From NCBI GenBank assembly GCA_951406725.2, contig OX597824.1, positions 6,014,001-6,078,000 of the forward strand: DNA of 64,000 nucleotides, in the 5' to 3' direction. Under the pieces are notes generated by a model. The model was not told the DNA's origin. It searched no databases and saw only the letters and a list, made by a program, of their open reading frames with translations. This stretch comes from Octopus vulgaris (Eukaryota). Each line of letters begins with the position of its first letter. The first letter of the stretch is position 1. This document shows, piece after piece, positions 42,985 to 56,572 of this stretch. Made by a program: the position numbers and the translations under genes.

Positions 42985-44673
42985 AGAGAGAGAGAGAGTT
43001 GCCAACCAATTATCACAAAAACATGGTCTTATATTTAACCAAATAATTACAATATAATTTTCACTCTATTAAAAGTTTGCAAGCCTAAAAGCAACATGCA
43101 CTGTTTTTATAAAGCGAAGGAACTAAGGATCATGTTTAATAATATGAAAACTAAATATATAGTCAGAAATTCTGGGATGCAAATTTCACTTTATTTTTGT
43201 TGTAGAAAATACTTCTGATAAATTCACGTAGGAAAGTAAATGTTTACTGATAATAACTATTAATTACGAAATTATTATTTGAAACTAAACTTTTGTGCAG
43301 ACATTAATTTCCTGTGTACTTTTAATTTCGTTTGTGTTCTTTTTGAGAATGATATGACACACTGCTAAAAAAATATGAGGAACGTTTCTCTGGTAAACAC
43401 TTAAATATTTAAGCATTTATAGTTACAGGTAAGTAAACATTTCATTAAATAACTGCTCACGAGGTAACAATTTGTCAAACTATTAAATCGTCTTTGGAGG
43501 CGACCATTTGATTAGTATTTATATCACATTTAGATAAAGATTTCCTATATGTATTCAAAGAGATTTCGAACTTGGAACCTTTATTTTAAAAAAAACTTCT
43601 AACGTTATACACCTGGTCTCTGACGGAGCGATGGCATTACATATTTACGGTAATTATATTTATGTTTCACAATAAACAAGCACATTCTTCTAATGTATGC
43701 GCTAGGCTTACAAACACTTTATATAACACATTTCCCAAATTCTTAGAATTCATGTTTCGTAGGCTTGGTGTAGGTTATAGAAACTCACTTTGCCACTCCT
43801 GATTAATAACATTTTTCTCTCGAGCTTAAGTATTTATCTGATGTAAAAGATTATATACACTCTGTAGAACAAGCTCAGAGCATGCCTATAATTTGCTGAT
43901 GATCAGCATTGGCGTGGTAGATTTTTTAAAAATTGTTTAAACAGACGTGATACTACCAGATGTCAGAACCAGATCAAAATTAATATACAACAAATGATAT
44001 TGCTGAATTTTGGAAACTTTTAATGAGGAGAAAGATATTTTAGTCAGGAATAATTGAATATTTATTGTGCCAGAAAGGAAATCATAGGCTCATACGAGAA
44101 AAATGTCTAAAGATCCCATACAGTTCTTTAAAAAAAATCACTAGAATAAGCTCAGTGGTGACATCAGCTTAATACGGTAGATTCTTCGGGTATATAATTG
44201 CAAGTATCTTGCATCTGTGACATTATTGGTTTATATAAGCATGGTATTGGAATAAATCTGCTATATATATCCAACAAAATTATTTCTGGTGATATTCAGA
44301 GTTTAAAATCTTGTATAGATAAAAATATTATTTTTAAATGTTCACCTCGAAAGATAAGATTAAAATAGTCTAAAGAAGTATGCTTTTGATTCTTCCCTTT
44401 AATTATTTACACTCTTATATAACTTTTAATTATAAGTCTATCCACGGTTATACGTAACATAGCTACGTATATGGTATAGCTGGCGAGTAAAGCATCGGTC
44501 ATTCACTTACATCGATCCTAGTGATTCGTGTGATATTCGTTTTAAAGATATTTTAAAAGAACTTTCGTTATACTACGTAGCTTAAATCGCTGAAATATTC
44601 CTCAACAATCTCAACCACATACACAAACATGAAAGTTCACACGTGCACATACACACAAAGCACACACACTCAG

Positions 44674-44730
<57 letters not shown>

Positions 44731-46656
44731 CAGACAAACATACATACACACACATGTAACCATTAAGTCAACAAGTGAAAATATAGGAAGAATTTCTGAA
44801 GGGTCTACGGAATAGTATGAAATCGAGGAGCAACACTCTGCAAAGCCGCCTTTTTGCTATGCTTGTGAAATTAATGTATTCGTATATTTCAAACTTTGAT
44901 AATATTTGTATATTTGTTACACAAATTAAATATAGTTTCCCAAATGAAATGTAGTTGATAATAGAAACCCTGGTGATTTTGATGGTGAATATTTATTCGT
45001 TCTACTAACTAAACCACCAAATGTTAGTCGCGACAGAGGGGAAAATTAAACATACAGTGCTTTAATGTCATTTAGAGGCTAAATAATCGAGAATACACCA
45101 GCAAAAGTTAGAAATTACATTTTGATGTATTTGTCATGAATCCAGTCTGTGTCTGCCGTGCCGGTTTTATTCACAAGGCTTTCGTTTACTCCAGATTGTG
45201 GTAAATATTTTATGCAACGCTGTAGTATTGAACCGGATAATTACTGATTGTAGAAAGAATTCTTAACTACTGTGTTACGCCTTCAGCTATACTTCGACAA
45301 TTAAAGAGTTACTATCTCTAAAGACTCACATAAAAATTAATAGTCTTTAATGCAATGCAATTATTTTTTGCCTCTTTGTCTATTCTGAAATATATCATAC
45401 ACATAAAAGTCACTAATCACCAAAAAAAAACAAAAAAAACTGGCGGTTTTCTTTGTTTAATATACAAATATAAATATAAAATTCCAAAAATAATACCAAA
45501 AATACGAAATAAAAAATTATTGTCTTCTTGTATAATGTATTTTACATATTTACCAGACATTTATCAGCTCTTATCACAAAAATAAAATATTGTATAAATG
45601 CATCAAAACAGTTTAACCTCGAAATAGTGATAATCATTGTAGATTAAACTGGAGCTTAAATAATTAAACTGCGTTCTTAAATGTCCAATCAGCCGCACGA
45701 TTTTAGTGTGAGTATTTATGTATAATCTAGCTGCACATTTGTTCAACGTCCAGGTAGTCATATTCATGCTCAGAGTTTTAGAGATCGGTATGTAATCTGT
45801 ATGTAAGCGCGTAGGATCCTGTAGCTGAGTAGCTTGTGATTTGATCACAATTAGGGGTAACTTTAAAAAAGACCCGTATACTGTGTATTGGTTTGAACAA
45901 AGACCTGCGTCTGACATTTGGTAGGCATAACATGTAGGAAATAACCCTCTAGCAAAAGTAAAATCAAACCGATATCAGCTTTCACAATATTACCAGGTTT
46001 TTCAGAAACATCAGTAAAGTTCATTCCGTTCTAAACATTCGAATCACTTGTCCAACACTAGTATAACAATGATCCATGTATGTTAATATTTACGGCAGAG
46101 CCTCTGTTTCTGCAAATCCTGAAGTCACATAGGTTGACTTAACCGTTTCTTCTTCTGGCACAAAAAAAACATCGAAAATAGGTTTAAGTTCACACGGCTG
46201 CAAGTCAACCGGTTGCAAATATATGAGTGAATCTCTGAGTCACATTTACGCGTAAATTAAAATAGAAATCCCAAAGCTTGAAATCAAATTTAAATCAACT
46301 GATACTGTTGTCTTCTTTTCGTCACTAAATCTAAAACAGCCATTAAAACATTGAAGTAATTGATCTTTGTAAATATAACATGGGAATACAATACTTAATA
46401 TAAATTTTCGCTGATAATTTCAACGTTAACTTTGATTCTTGATTTGTATATATACACACGCATGAAAACCCATGCATATTTACGCACACAGACCGGCAAA
46501 CACACGCACACTCACGCACATATACACACACAGAGACTCACTGAAAGAAACTGGATAAACAGAAATCAATACACGAGTATTTATATTTTAATCAAACGTT
46601 GATGAGTCGTACGTAGAAGACATTCAACCCTGAGTTACTTTTGTAAGTTATTCTCG

Positions 46657-46674
46657 AATAATAATAATAATAAT

Positions 46675-46729
<55 letters not shown>

Positions 46730-46757
46730 GCTGCTACTACTACTACTACTACTACTG

Positions 46758-46802
<45 letters not shown>

Positions 46803-46828
46803 ATAATAATAATAATGATAATAATAAT
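46657..46828. repeat. (TAA)n/(CTA)n trinucleotide array
   Basis: Direct reading. Confidence 0.95.
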
Positions 46829-47289
46829 ACTAAAATATGAATATAAACATATATATGCATATATTTGTATAGTGTGCGTATATGCGTATGCATATATAAA
46901 TATGTGTATGTATATACACAAACATAAGTATGTCTATGTATTTGTGTGTGTGTGCGCGTGTGTGCATGAATGTGTTTATGTGTGTGTTAATAAATATCAC
47001 CATATTGGAACGTTGCCATATATTTTGCCATTTACAAATAGAAAAAAAAAAACGAAACAGCATGTAACCGATCGCTAATAAAAAAGTAATAAACGGTGAG
47101 TCTACGCTGACCGCTCTCAGTTTTCCGATAACCAAGGAAAATGTGTTTGCAGGGGAAATGTGTCAAGGTGTGTGCTAGCAGTGATAAACAAACTTTTGTT
47201 TTCTATATAAACAAGCTCGGAAGCATAACTTTTATTGTATAGGTATTTACGCCAAGGCCGTGCAGGACTGATACATACATACATATATG

Positions 47290-47337
<48 letters not shown>

Positions 47338-47405
47338 TGAATTGAAGATAATGGAGCTGAACGAAGATTGAACAGAAATCGAACGAAGATTGAACGAAAT
47401 CGTTT

Positions 47406-47499
47406 TATTTCATTCTACACGTGTTTCGAAAGGCACAATTTACCAAAATCCGATTGAATAATGAGACCATATTGTGTCTTTCTCTTCAGGAAGAAAATA
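47406..47499 (-). ncRNA. Type I hammerhead ribozyme (inverted copy)
   Basis: Mirror of 47545-47637. Confidence 0.78.
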
Positions 47500-47544
47500 G
47501 GAAATCCGTTTGAAAAAAACAAAAACGGAACAGAGCGGATTTCC

Positions 47545-47637
47545 TATTTCTTCCTGAAGAGAAAGACACAATATGGTCTCATTATTCAATCGGATTTTGG
47601 TAAATTGTGCCTTTCGAAACACGTGTAGAATGAAATA
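47545..47637 (+). ncRNA. Type I hammerhead ribozyme
   Basis: TATTTCTTC-CTGAAGA-GAAAGACACAAT..ATTGTGCCTTTC-GAAAC-ACGT-GTA-GAATGAAATA. Confidence 0.82.
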
Positions 47638-47843
47638 AAACGATTTCTGTTCAATCTTCGTTCAGCTCCATTTCTTCAATTCACCAATAATATTTTAATT
47701 TCAATTATCCGCACCAACGCACGGTTGCAACACCATATGGTTGTACCTCCAACCGTGCTGTCTTCTGCTGTGATTTTTGCTACCAAGGTATCGGTTAAAC
47801 TTTTGAATAATCTGCTACAAGATTATTCATCTTTCTATTTCAC

Positions 47844-47884
<41 letters not shown>

Positions 47885-47891
<7 letters not shown>

Positions 47892-48060
47892 GTGACAATT
47901 ATTCGGTTGCCATAATAAAACTTCGAATTTCGGATGTCGGGGCGGATACCTGCACTGGCATCTCATCAGTTGCAGAGGCGATCAAAATATATTACAGATA
48001 AATTCATCTATTTACACAATATCGAGGTGTCTTTCATTCTTTTGTTGAGTCACCATTGCT
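47885..48060. mobile_element. Penelope-like terminus with an inverted hammerhead (47916-47972, minus) joined to a plus-orientation tail
   Basis: Minus strand CTGATGA-GATGCC..GACATC-C-GAAATTCGAAGTT; tail homologous to 49800-49860. Confidence 0.65.
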
Positions 48061-48081
48061 ATTAATAATAATAATAATAAT

Positions 48082-48160
<79 letters not shown>

Positions 48161-49005
48161 TATCTACATAATCACATGTATACATAAATATATATGCGTG
48201 TTTATGTAATCGTGTTTATACATGTATATGCACGTATATATATATGTGTGTATGAACACGTGTGTGTGTGTCCTCGCTTATATACGTGTGTATATATGCA
48301 TGTATATATGTGTTTGTGTTCTTCTCTGTTGCCATATGCTTTTACATACCTTAATATGTCAATGTATCATTTCGAATGCCTTATTCGCCTCGGATACCCT
48401 TATCTACCTTGTCTGCCTCTCATAGCGACAGGGTAACTTTTCATTTCGCCATTCTCTTGAACTGAAAAAATACCAGAAAATATGTTGTCCAGTCTATATA
48501 TAACGGACTATACACTGGACGTGAAGATGGAAAGTTATCCATACAGCATTGGAAGGATTAAATAGACGAAAAGTGTATATCATCCGTAGTACACCCTAAT
48601 TTTACAGTATATACACCCTTGAATTTGGGATGGATATTTACATTATATTCATAAAATTATTTCGTACATTTTAAATCACATCAATCAATAACTCATACGT
48701 TTTCTCTAATTAGAAATGTTTTATTCTTCCGAACTATTTTCATAACTCTTTTTTCCGACGTTTTTCACATACGCTAGTTTATCGATTCCTTGTTATATTC
48801 GTTCCACTAAATATTAACAGGCTATAGTAGGTTTCTGATATCGGATTAGTAATTATTACTTCATAATATAATTTTCAGTTGAATTTTCTATTCATATATA
48901 GAAACTTATATAAATTATTCACCGATAATATGCTATTTGCTTTTCGGTGATTTTATTAAAGCTTCGCTTCAGTACGATATTCTCCTAAGCTATTTTACGT
49001 ATTAT

Positions 49006-49256
49006 CTATCGATCGTTCGTTTCACAATATTCCCCATGAAATACAATTTCCTTCTTCAGTTCTTTCAATTTGCTTCTGTAATAATTTTGCCTGAATTTTA
49101 TTAAATCATAATTCTTTAAGCCTTTATCCTTAATTACCTTATCTTGTTTTATATTGGCAATAATGCAGTATCGATACACTTCAGAGAAACGAGCTGCCTC
49201 TGGCATGATTTTCTTCAATGTCTTTGGTACTGTAAATATAGTTGTTATTTTATAGA
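49006..49256 (-). other. Unassigned ~83-codon open segment (candidate exon or retroelement ORF fragment)
   Basis: Non-repetitive frame [25 protein letters not shown] after a TTTAG; no motif recognised. Confidence 0.2.
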
Positions 49257-49304
49257 ACCTAAATATATACATATAAAAATATATATAATGTATATATAGC
49301 ATAA

Positions 49305-49364
<60 letters not shown>

Positions 49365-49431
49365 GCATTAATAGCATAATATATGTATATATCATATTTA
49401 TTAATAAATATATATATATGTATATATCATA

Positions 49432-49483
<52 letters not shown>

Positions 49484-49625
49484 TATATACATATACATAT
49501 ATATATGTATATATACATATATATATGTATATATACATATACATTCATATTCATACAGAGATGCTTATGTGTATGTATGTGCGTAATATACTCATGTATG
49601 TATAATTATATATAAATATATATAT

Positions 49626-49871
49626 ATCTATAAAATAATATGTTACAATTACTCAATAGTCAAGATAAAACTCTGAGTTTCAGATAGCGTTTTTTCAGAT
49701 GGCCAGATAACCGAAGAGATGGTGTTGTGGTTTTCCACTTCGGCATCTGAAACTCAGAGTTTTATCTTGACTATTGAGTATAATTGTAACATATTAAATT
49801 ATAGATAAATTTCCTCTATTTATATAATATTGAGGTATCTCTTTCTTTCTTTTGTTATCTTACCGTTTTTA

Positions 49872-49876
<5 letters not shown>
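49626..49876 (+). mobile_element. (TA)n-flanked fold-back Penelope-like terminus with hammerhead motif (49705-49767)
   Basis: Arms 49626-49685 and 49745-49806; AGATAA-CCGAAGA-GATG..CATC-T-GAAACTCAGAGT-T-TTATCT. Confidence 0.75.
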
Positions 49877-49923
<47 letters not shown>

Positions 49924-50297
49924 TATATGTGTTTGTGCGTGTTTGGTATCTCGTAATATATTTATTAGTTGACTGCAAATTCTCATTTACTCTATGTATT
50001 TCTGTGTTTATTATTACATCTTATCAATATTTGTGTAAATTTCATTCACTTATTCATTTGTTCCCGTTCCACATATTTTATTTTATGAAATCGTTTACAT
50101 ATAAGTGAAACGTTATATTCTATCTAGGCTCAAAAACTAAATTAATGTTTTTTTTTATTGGATATTTATTTGTTATCATTACGAAACGTTTTTGGTTTTT
50201 CTAATGTTTATTGTTTTATGATATATATTTTATCTATCCAATTGTCTACGTATGCAAATATAGTTTGTTTTACTCTAGACATCTATTATTATTATCA

Positions 50298-51987
50298 TTA
50301 TATGTTTGACTTTTGCTTTATATTGTACAAGTTGGCTCCAAGTCTCACCCAGAGATGTCAAGTGACACCAAGTAAGAAGTTCATGTTGCTGTTACGCCTA
50401 GCGCGTCATACTTTTGGTTTTGTACATAGTGTTGTTCTAGAGAATGTTTAAAAAACCATACGAAAATTATATTTGTTTTAAAATTTGAGATTACATAGAC
50501 GGTAGTTTTCGTAGGATATGGGCAGCTCCCATAAGCACTATCCTTTGAGTTTCTGCCATTTTGGGGTTTCCTGGTATCTGAGCTAGGTAGGAATCAGCCC
50601 ATTTTGCTATCATTCCTAGGGCACCTATGACAACAGGTATTATTTTAGTCTTCAGGTTCCACATTTTGCCAATTTCTATTTCAAGATCTTTATACTTGCA
50701 CAGCTTTCGGTAGGTCTTGACAGATGCATTTATATCAATTGGGACAGTCATATCAGTGAGGAGGCATAATTTATTTTCTGAAGTCTTTCAATATAATGTC
50801 TGGCCTATTTGCATCTCTCTTTCTGTCAGTTTGAATGGTGAAGTTCCAGACGAGTGAGATGTGATCATTTTCAAGTACTGGAGGTTGTTTGTGTTCCCAA
50901 CAGTTTTTATCATTGGGGCAGGTCCAGGTGTTTGCAAATTAACCAGTGAATATATTGTGCAAGAATATATCAGAATTTATCAGTAAGAATATCTAAGGCA
51001 GCGGTTTTAGCACGGGCTTTCATACGCTTAGCTTTTCTTGTACTTGTTTCTAGTACGCCTAATTCTGGAATTTGTTGTATTTGTAATTCATTTAGATAGT
51101 TCTTCGCATGTTTTGTTACTGAGTATGCCGCTTTCTTGTTTTTGAGGTAGGTGTCTAGACCAATAGTGGCAATCTTCATTGTTAATGCCAGTTGTAAAGG
51201 TCCACGGCCTCCCTCTTTTCTTGGCAGATAAAGTCGTTCTATATCTGTCTTAGGATTGTGCATTCTATACATTGTCAACAATTTTCGTATTTTTCTGTCA
51301 CGATTACATATTTCAGTAATTGACCAGTTAATGATATTGAAACTATAAGTTACGACCGGTATGGCCAAAGCATTGATCGCTTCGATCCTATTTCTTGCAT
51401 TCAGCTCTGTCTTCAGTATTGCTCTCAGCCTACGATACCATTCTCTTCTGATCCTTTCCCTCATCACTGAATGTTTGATTCCGTCCCATTCAAATACCCC
51501 TAGGTATCTGTAGCTCTCCTCTGGTTCTAAATCCTTTATGACATTCTTCTGTTGAAGACTAACGTTGGATGTTTTTGTCATTTTTCTTTGGATAAAGGTA
51601 GCTTTTGCACATTTATCGTGGCCAAATTCATTCTGATGTCATCGCCGAATTGTTTAACAATCGTTAGTAAACCCTGTAGTTGTTGGTCAGTTTTTGCAAA
51701 GAGCTTTAAATCCTCCATCTAAAGATGATTTATATTTTTATCAAACATTTTAGAACCGTGCTGTACATCATTGAGTAATTTCGTGAGAGTTATTAAGGCT
51801 AGATAAAAGAGATGTGGTGATAGAGAGTCACCCTGGAATATGCCACATGAAATTTTTACATCTCCATCATTAAGAGATTCATTGTCTCTGTTCAAAGTTA
51901 GTGTGGTCCTCCATGATCTCATACTTACAGATAAAACGTTTCGCAGAGTAGGTACTATTTTATACATTTCCAGACATTTCTTAATTC
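50298..51987 (-). mobile_element. R4/Dong-type non-LTR retrotransposon, 5'-truncated (RT plus restriction-like endonuclease), between (TTA)n tracts
   Basis: CGIFQGDSLSP, YRYLGV, RLYLPRKEGGRG, RPDI..DMTVP..KLCKYKDL, PVVIGALG; stops and frameshifts. Confidence 0.9.
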
Positions 51988-51990
51988 AGC

Positions 51991-52054
<64 letters not shown>

Positions 52055-52363
52055 TTTACAAGCACAATCGTAATCATCATTATCATTATCATCATCGTCG
52101 TCATCGTCTTCAGCGTTTTGTGAATACACTTATTAATTGCCCTTCATGTTGTGGGTTCACACTTCCAAATTCCGAATCACCCGAAAGGTACGATGCGATT
52201 CCCTACCTTTTTAAACCCCTCTACTCATGTTACTTTCGACTAATATATTTTCATTCATCAGAGATTTGCTCACCAAATAATTATATAATATTAAACAACA
52301 TCAACAGAAGCACCACGGTTTATTTCTTTAATTATTCTGTATATTTTCGTCGTCGTGTTTAAG

Positions 52364-52491
<128 letters not shown>

Positions 52492-53435
52492 GAGTTGGGG
52501 TGGGACAAGCATGCGCGCGCTCACACACACATACATGCGTTTGTATCTCTCTGCCTAACTTTCCTTCCCGGAAATCCACCATCTTCTTTTCCTAAAGACC
52601 TACTGTACAATACGCTAAAGCATATCACTTCCCCTTTACTTCTGACGCTGTGTAATAACTGAAAGACGCTAGATACTGCGTAATCGCTTGTTGTTCAGTC
52701 TCTGATACAGTCGTTTTTGTGCAGAGAATATTAATGAACTAAATTCAATATCTGAGCTTATTTTATAGACTTCACTAATGTGATACTCATAAAATATGGG
52801 TTGAGATAGAATTCAGTTCATATTTACTGTTCACTTAAGGCTAGGGTTACAGGTTTCGTTTGCGAAAAGCCTTTCGGTGATATTCGTATCATACTTCGAC
52901 GCAGACCCCAAACTACAATCAGCTTTAATAAGGGTACACTTATGTTACCCTCCTATGTGGAATATGGCTATGTATGGTCCTTTGAACAGATGCTTGATCA
53001 GAAGTATTCTCCAGTAATGCTGCGATGGCGTTTTTTGTTTTGGAAAACTGTAGATGTATAATAAAAATCGTAAAGTGAAATTTCTATAAAGAGAATTATT
53101 TAAATGTGGTCAGACAATGTAATTGTAATCTTTAATATTAAGTGGAATTCAACTATTTTTGTCTGTACTCTTACAATTTTCACTCGACGCTAATGATTCG
53201 AGAAATTAGTCTGAATGTTCAGAGACGGAAGAATAAAAACCATTATGTGCTGCTCAGTTCTACTTATCAGACAAAATGTATGTGTGTGTGTGTGTGCGTC
53301 TGTGTGTATATGTGCATGTATGAATGTATATTGTATGTATGAATACATATATGTACATGTACACACACACACACATACACATATGTATGTATATATGTAT
53401 ATATATCTAAATATACGCACATACACATACATACA

Positions 53436-53482
<47 letters not shown>

Positions 53483-53586
53483 GCTTGCATACATAAATAC
53501 ATGCATTTAATGCATAATACATATGAATATATATATGCATAAACGGATATATATCTAGAAATACTTATATATGCACATATGTACAT

Positions 53587-54788
53587 GATGGCTGACCCCT
53601 CGTTATCGAGTATGGCCTTTCCACGAAGCTTAACTGTTATTGGTGCTGTGATCGAATGTGACTTTTTAGCCCAGCTAAAGATCTACAATGTCTTGTACAA
53701 AATTGGCAACTAGAACCCTTACCGTTAATAGCCGGCTGTAGTTGTAACTGGGTTTCATGTACCTTTGCATGTCGTTTAAGTCCTCCTGCCGAATTACACT
53801 CTTTTCCGCATGCCCGACAGATATAATTAGTATGGAGTGTTACACCACCACCAGTGGCCAGGTTGTCACTCATTTGTCTCGTTTTATGACTACGAAGATG
53901 ACTCATGAGTCCAGCTTTACTGAGGCAGGGTCTTGCACAGATATTGCATGTCAGAATCAAAGGAAGACCCTTCCCTTCTGGAAGTGTAACAGCGATGCCC
54001 TTCCTGACATCCCTCCTTACTTTCTCATGTGCAACTCGAGATTTCTCAAACATGGCTGTCCCCTCATGCACACCCCTTCTCCACCTGCTACTATCAATAG
54101 CTATGCCTTCCCATGTGTCAGGAGAGATGCAAGCATCTCTTAAGGAAGCCTTCAGCAAGTCCTTATACCTTTTTTTTGGTTTATGTGGAGGTCGTTCTCC
54201 TTTAGCTAACTCTCCATAAAAGAGTTGTTTTGGCATCCTTAAATCCTTCATTCTGACCAGATGACCACTCCATCTGAGCCTTTGCTTTAACACAAGAGCT
54301 TCTATACTTTCACACCGAGAGCCTTCGAGTATTTCAAGATCACTGATGCAGTCCTTCCACTTAATGCTATAGATCCATCTGAGGCACATCTGATGGAAAC
54401 GTTCCAGATGTTTAAGGTGGTATCGATATGTGACCCACGTCTTGCAGGCATAGAGAAGAGAAGGGAGCACACATGCCTTGTACACCTTTATCTTTGTCTT
54501 TCTGCATATTTCTCGCCGACACCAGAGACGCTTTTCTAGCCTTCCGAAAGCAACAGTTGCTTTCCTAATTCTATATGGAATTTCATCATCCACATTGCCA
54601 TATCTATTAATAGTGCTTCCCAGGTAGACAAACCGATCGACTACATCAAGTCGTTTACCATTCACATAGATATGTGGTACACTATAGTGCTTACCAGGGG
54701 CAGGTTGATGCATGACAACAGTTTTCTTGAGATTGACTGTCAATCCTAAGGCAGTGCAAACATCAGAGAATGCATTCAAAATGTGTTG
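53587..54788 (-). mobile_element. RTE-clade LINE, 5'-truncated; open frame 53637-54788 encoding RT thumb region and 3 C2H2 zinc fingers; 11-bp TSD
   Basis: GLTVNLKKT, FVYLGS, LRWSGHLVRM..PKQLFYGEL; TSD catatgtacat at 53576-53586 and 54789-54799. Confidence 0.92.
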
Positions 54789-55673
54789 CATATGTACATA
54801 CATACATACAGAATATATACGTACATAAATGCGTGCATACATCCACACGTACATACGTGCGTACGTACACATACATACGTAACGTATACATTTGTTAGAA
54901 TGTATTTATGTGTCTGTCGGAGCGTGAAATGTACGCCGAAATATTTGTCAAGTTTTAGAACAGTTTTAGAAGAGACTCAGTGTCTCTATTTAATGATCTT
55001 TCCATTATGATATTTGTAAAGTTTATAACCATTTCAAATAAGATTTATTTTTGTATTTTAGCTATTTGTTTTTTCATGTTATTCTTATTTATTGATGTTC
55101 TATCATTTGCATAAAACAAAGAACATAGCATAATTGGATTAACGGACAATATGCATTTTTTAAACTATCACACATTCCATAACAACAAAGAATGTGTAAT
55201 TTGCCGTGAATTTACTTCCTTCTTTGCTAGACACTGACAACTATATATAACACTTTTGTAACTAGAAACACTACATCTTCTCGACTCAGAGCAGATAATA
55301 AAACTTTTAGAAAAATTAACTAAAGAGGAAAAATACTGTGAAGATGTATTGATGTCTTATGTCGGAAGAAAACCAGAAAAAATATTGTAAATGTGAAACG
55401 GTTTCATCAATCGTAGTTTATTTCTAGTGTTTCTTTTATGAATACTAATAAAGGTAGTATGACGATATATTTGAAGAATTACATGGAAACCCAGGCAAGC
55501 TTTAACTTTCACACTTCCGCAATCAATAAACATTTTTTTGTCAAGTACTGGGGTCCATATTATCGGTTAACTGCGTTTTCTGAAAATACTTTGACTTGTG
55601 ATTAATGTTAGATACTCGGATAAAATACTTTGAAAATATTTATTCTCTTTCTTAACATTCTGCATTCAAATCC

Positions 55674-55860
55674 CAGCGAGCTGGCAAAATCTTCAGCGCG
55701 CCGAACAAATTATTTTGCGGCATTTCTCCCCGATTTACGTTCTGAGATCAAATTCCGCCAAGGTTTATTTTGCCTTTCATCCTTTTGAGATCTATAAAAT
55801 AAGAATCAGTTGATCACAGGGATCAATTTATTCGATTAAAAACATCCCCCGAAATTACAG
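55674..55860 (+). mobile_element. SINE family B, older copy
   Basis: gcgagctggcaaaatc..ttctgagatcaaattccgcc..tttgcctttcatcctttt. Confidence 0.75.
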
Positions 55861-55889
55861 GTCAAAATAAAGTGCTTCTGTTTCTAATT

Positions 55890-56206
55890 ATTATTATCCA
55901 TTCATTTTTTCTCAGTTCTTTTTATAACTCCTGTAGTCTTTCCATGCGTAGCGTGCTTGCTGCCTGAAACCCTACAGTATCATGCTATCCCTTCTTTTCA
56001 ACTATCTAATAATTTCCTGATTTTTCTGGCTGTGCCAAGGAGGCAAACCTTTTGTAACATTTCTGCTTGGCACTCTATTCTGATTTTATTTATATTCCTC
56101 TTCTTGTATTCTGATATTCTTTCTGAGAACCCAAGAATAATCGACTCTATCTTCACTGGCTGCATTTTCCTTAGCCAGGTTATTTCGTACTTAAAAGGAT
56201 TGTATA

Positions 56207-56245
<39 letters not shown>

Positions 56246-56478
56246 ATGTTTCACCTTCCTTCTTGACTACACATGGGGCTTGGTCAAAGAGGCATGCAAC
56301 ATGAACTATGTAACACATGTGGTGCATCTTATCATCCACCACTTGGTCTTATCTGTTTGCTCTAACATATCGGCAATGGTTTCGTCCACTGTATTACAGA
56401 TGCGGTACTGCAAAAACACCTGATCATTCCTAAGGTTGATCCCACAATTCGTGGCTAGAAATTGGTCTTGCTCTAGTA
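55890..56478 (-). mobile_element. R4/Dong-type LINE C-terminal fragments
   Basis: MLQKVCLLGTARKIRKLLDS*; EQDQFLAT..YRICNTVDETI. Confidence 0.65.
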
Positions 56479-56496
56479 TCATCATCATCATCATCA

Positions 56497-56571
<75 letters not shown>

Positions 56572-56572
<1 letters not shown>

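Larger units (their letters stand above)
47332..47846. mobile_element. (TA)n-flanked fold-back Penelope-like terminus with two divergent hammerheads
   Basis: 47332-47508 is the reverse complement of 47536-47689 apart from a ~20-bp duplication in the left arm; unique tail, then (TA)n. Confidence 0.8.

Noticed and set aside
53637-54872. 411-aa ORF as a host C2H2 zinc-finger gene
   Set aside because: The N-terminal ~28 aa come from flanking repeat beyond the TSD; the rest is RTE ORF2
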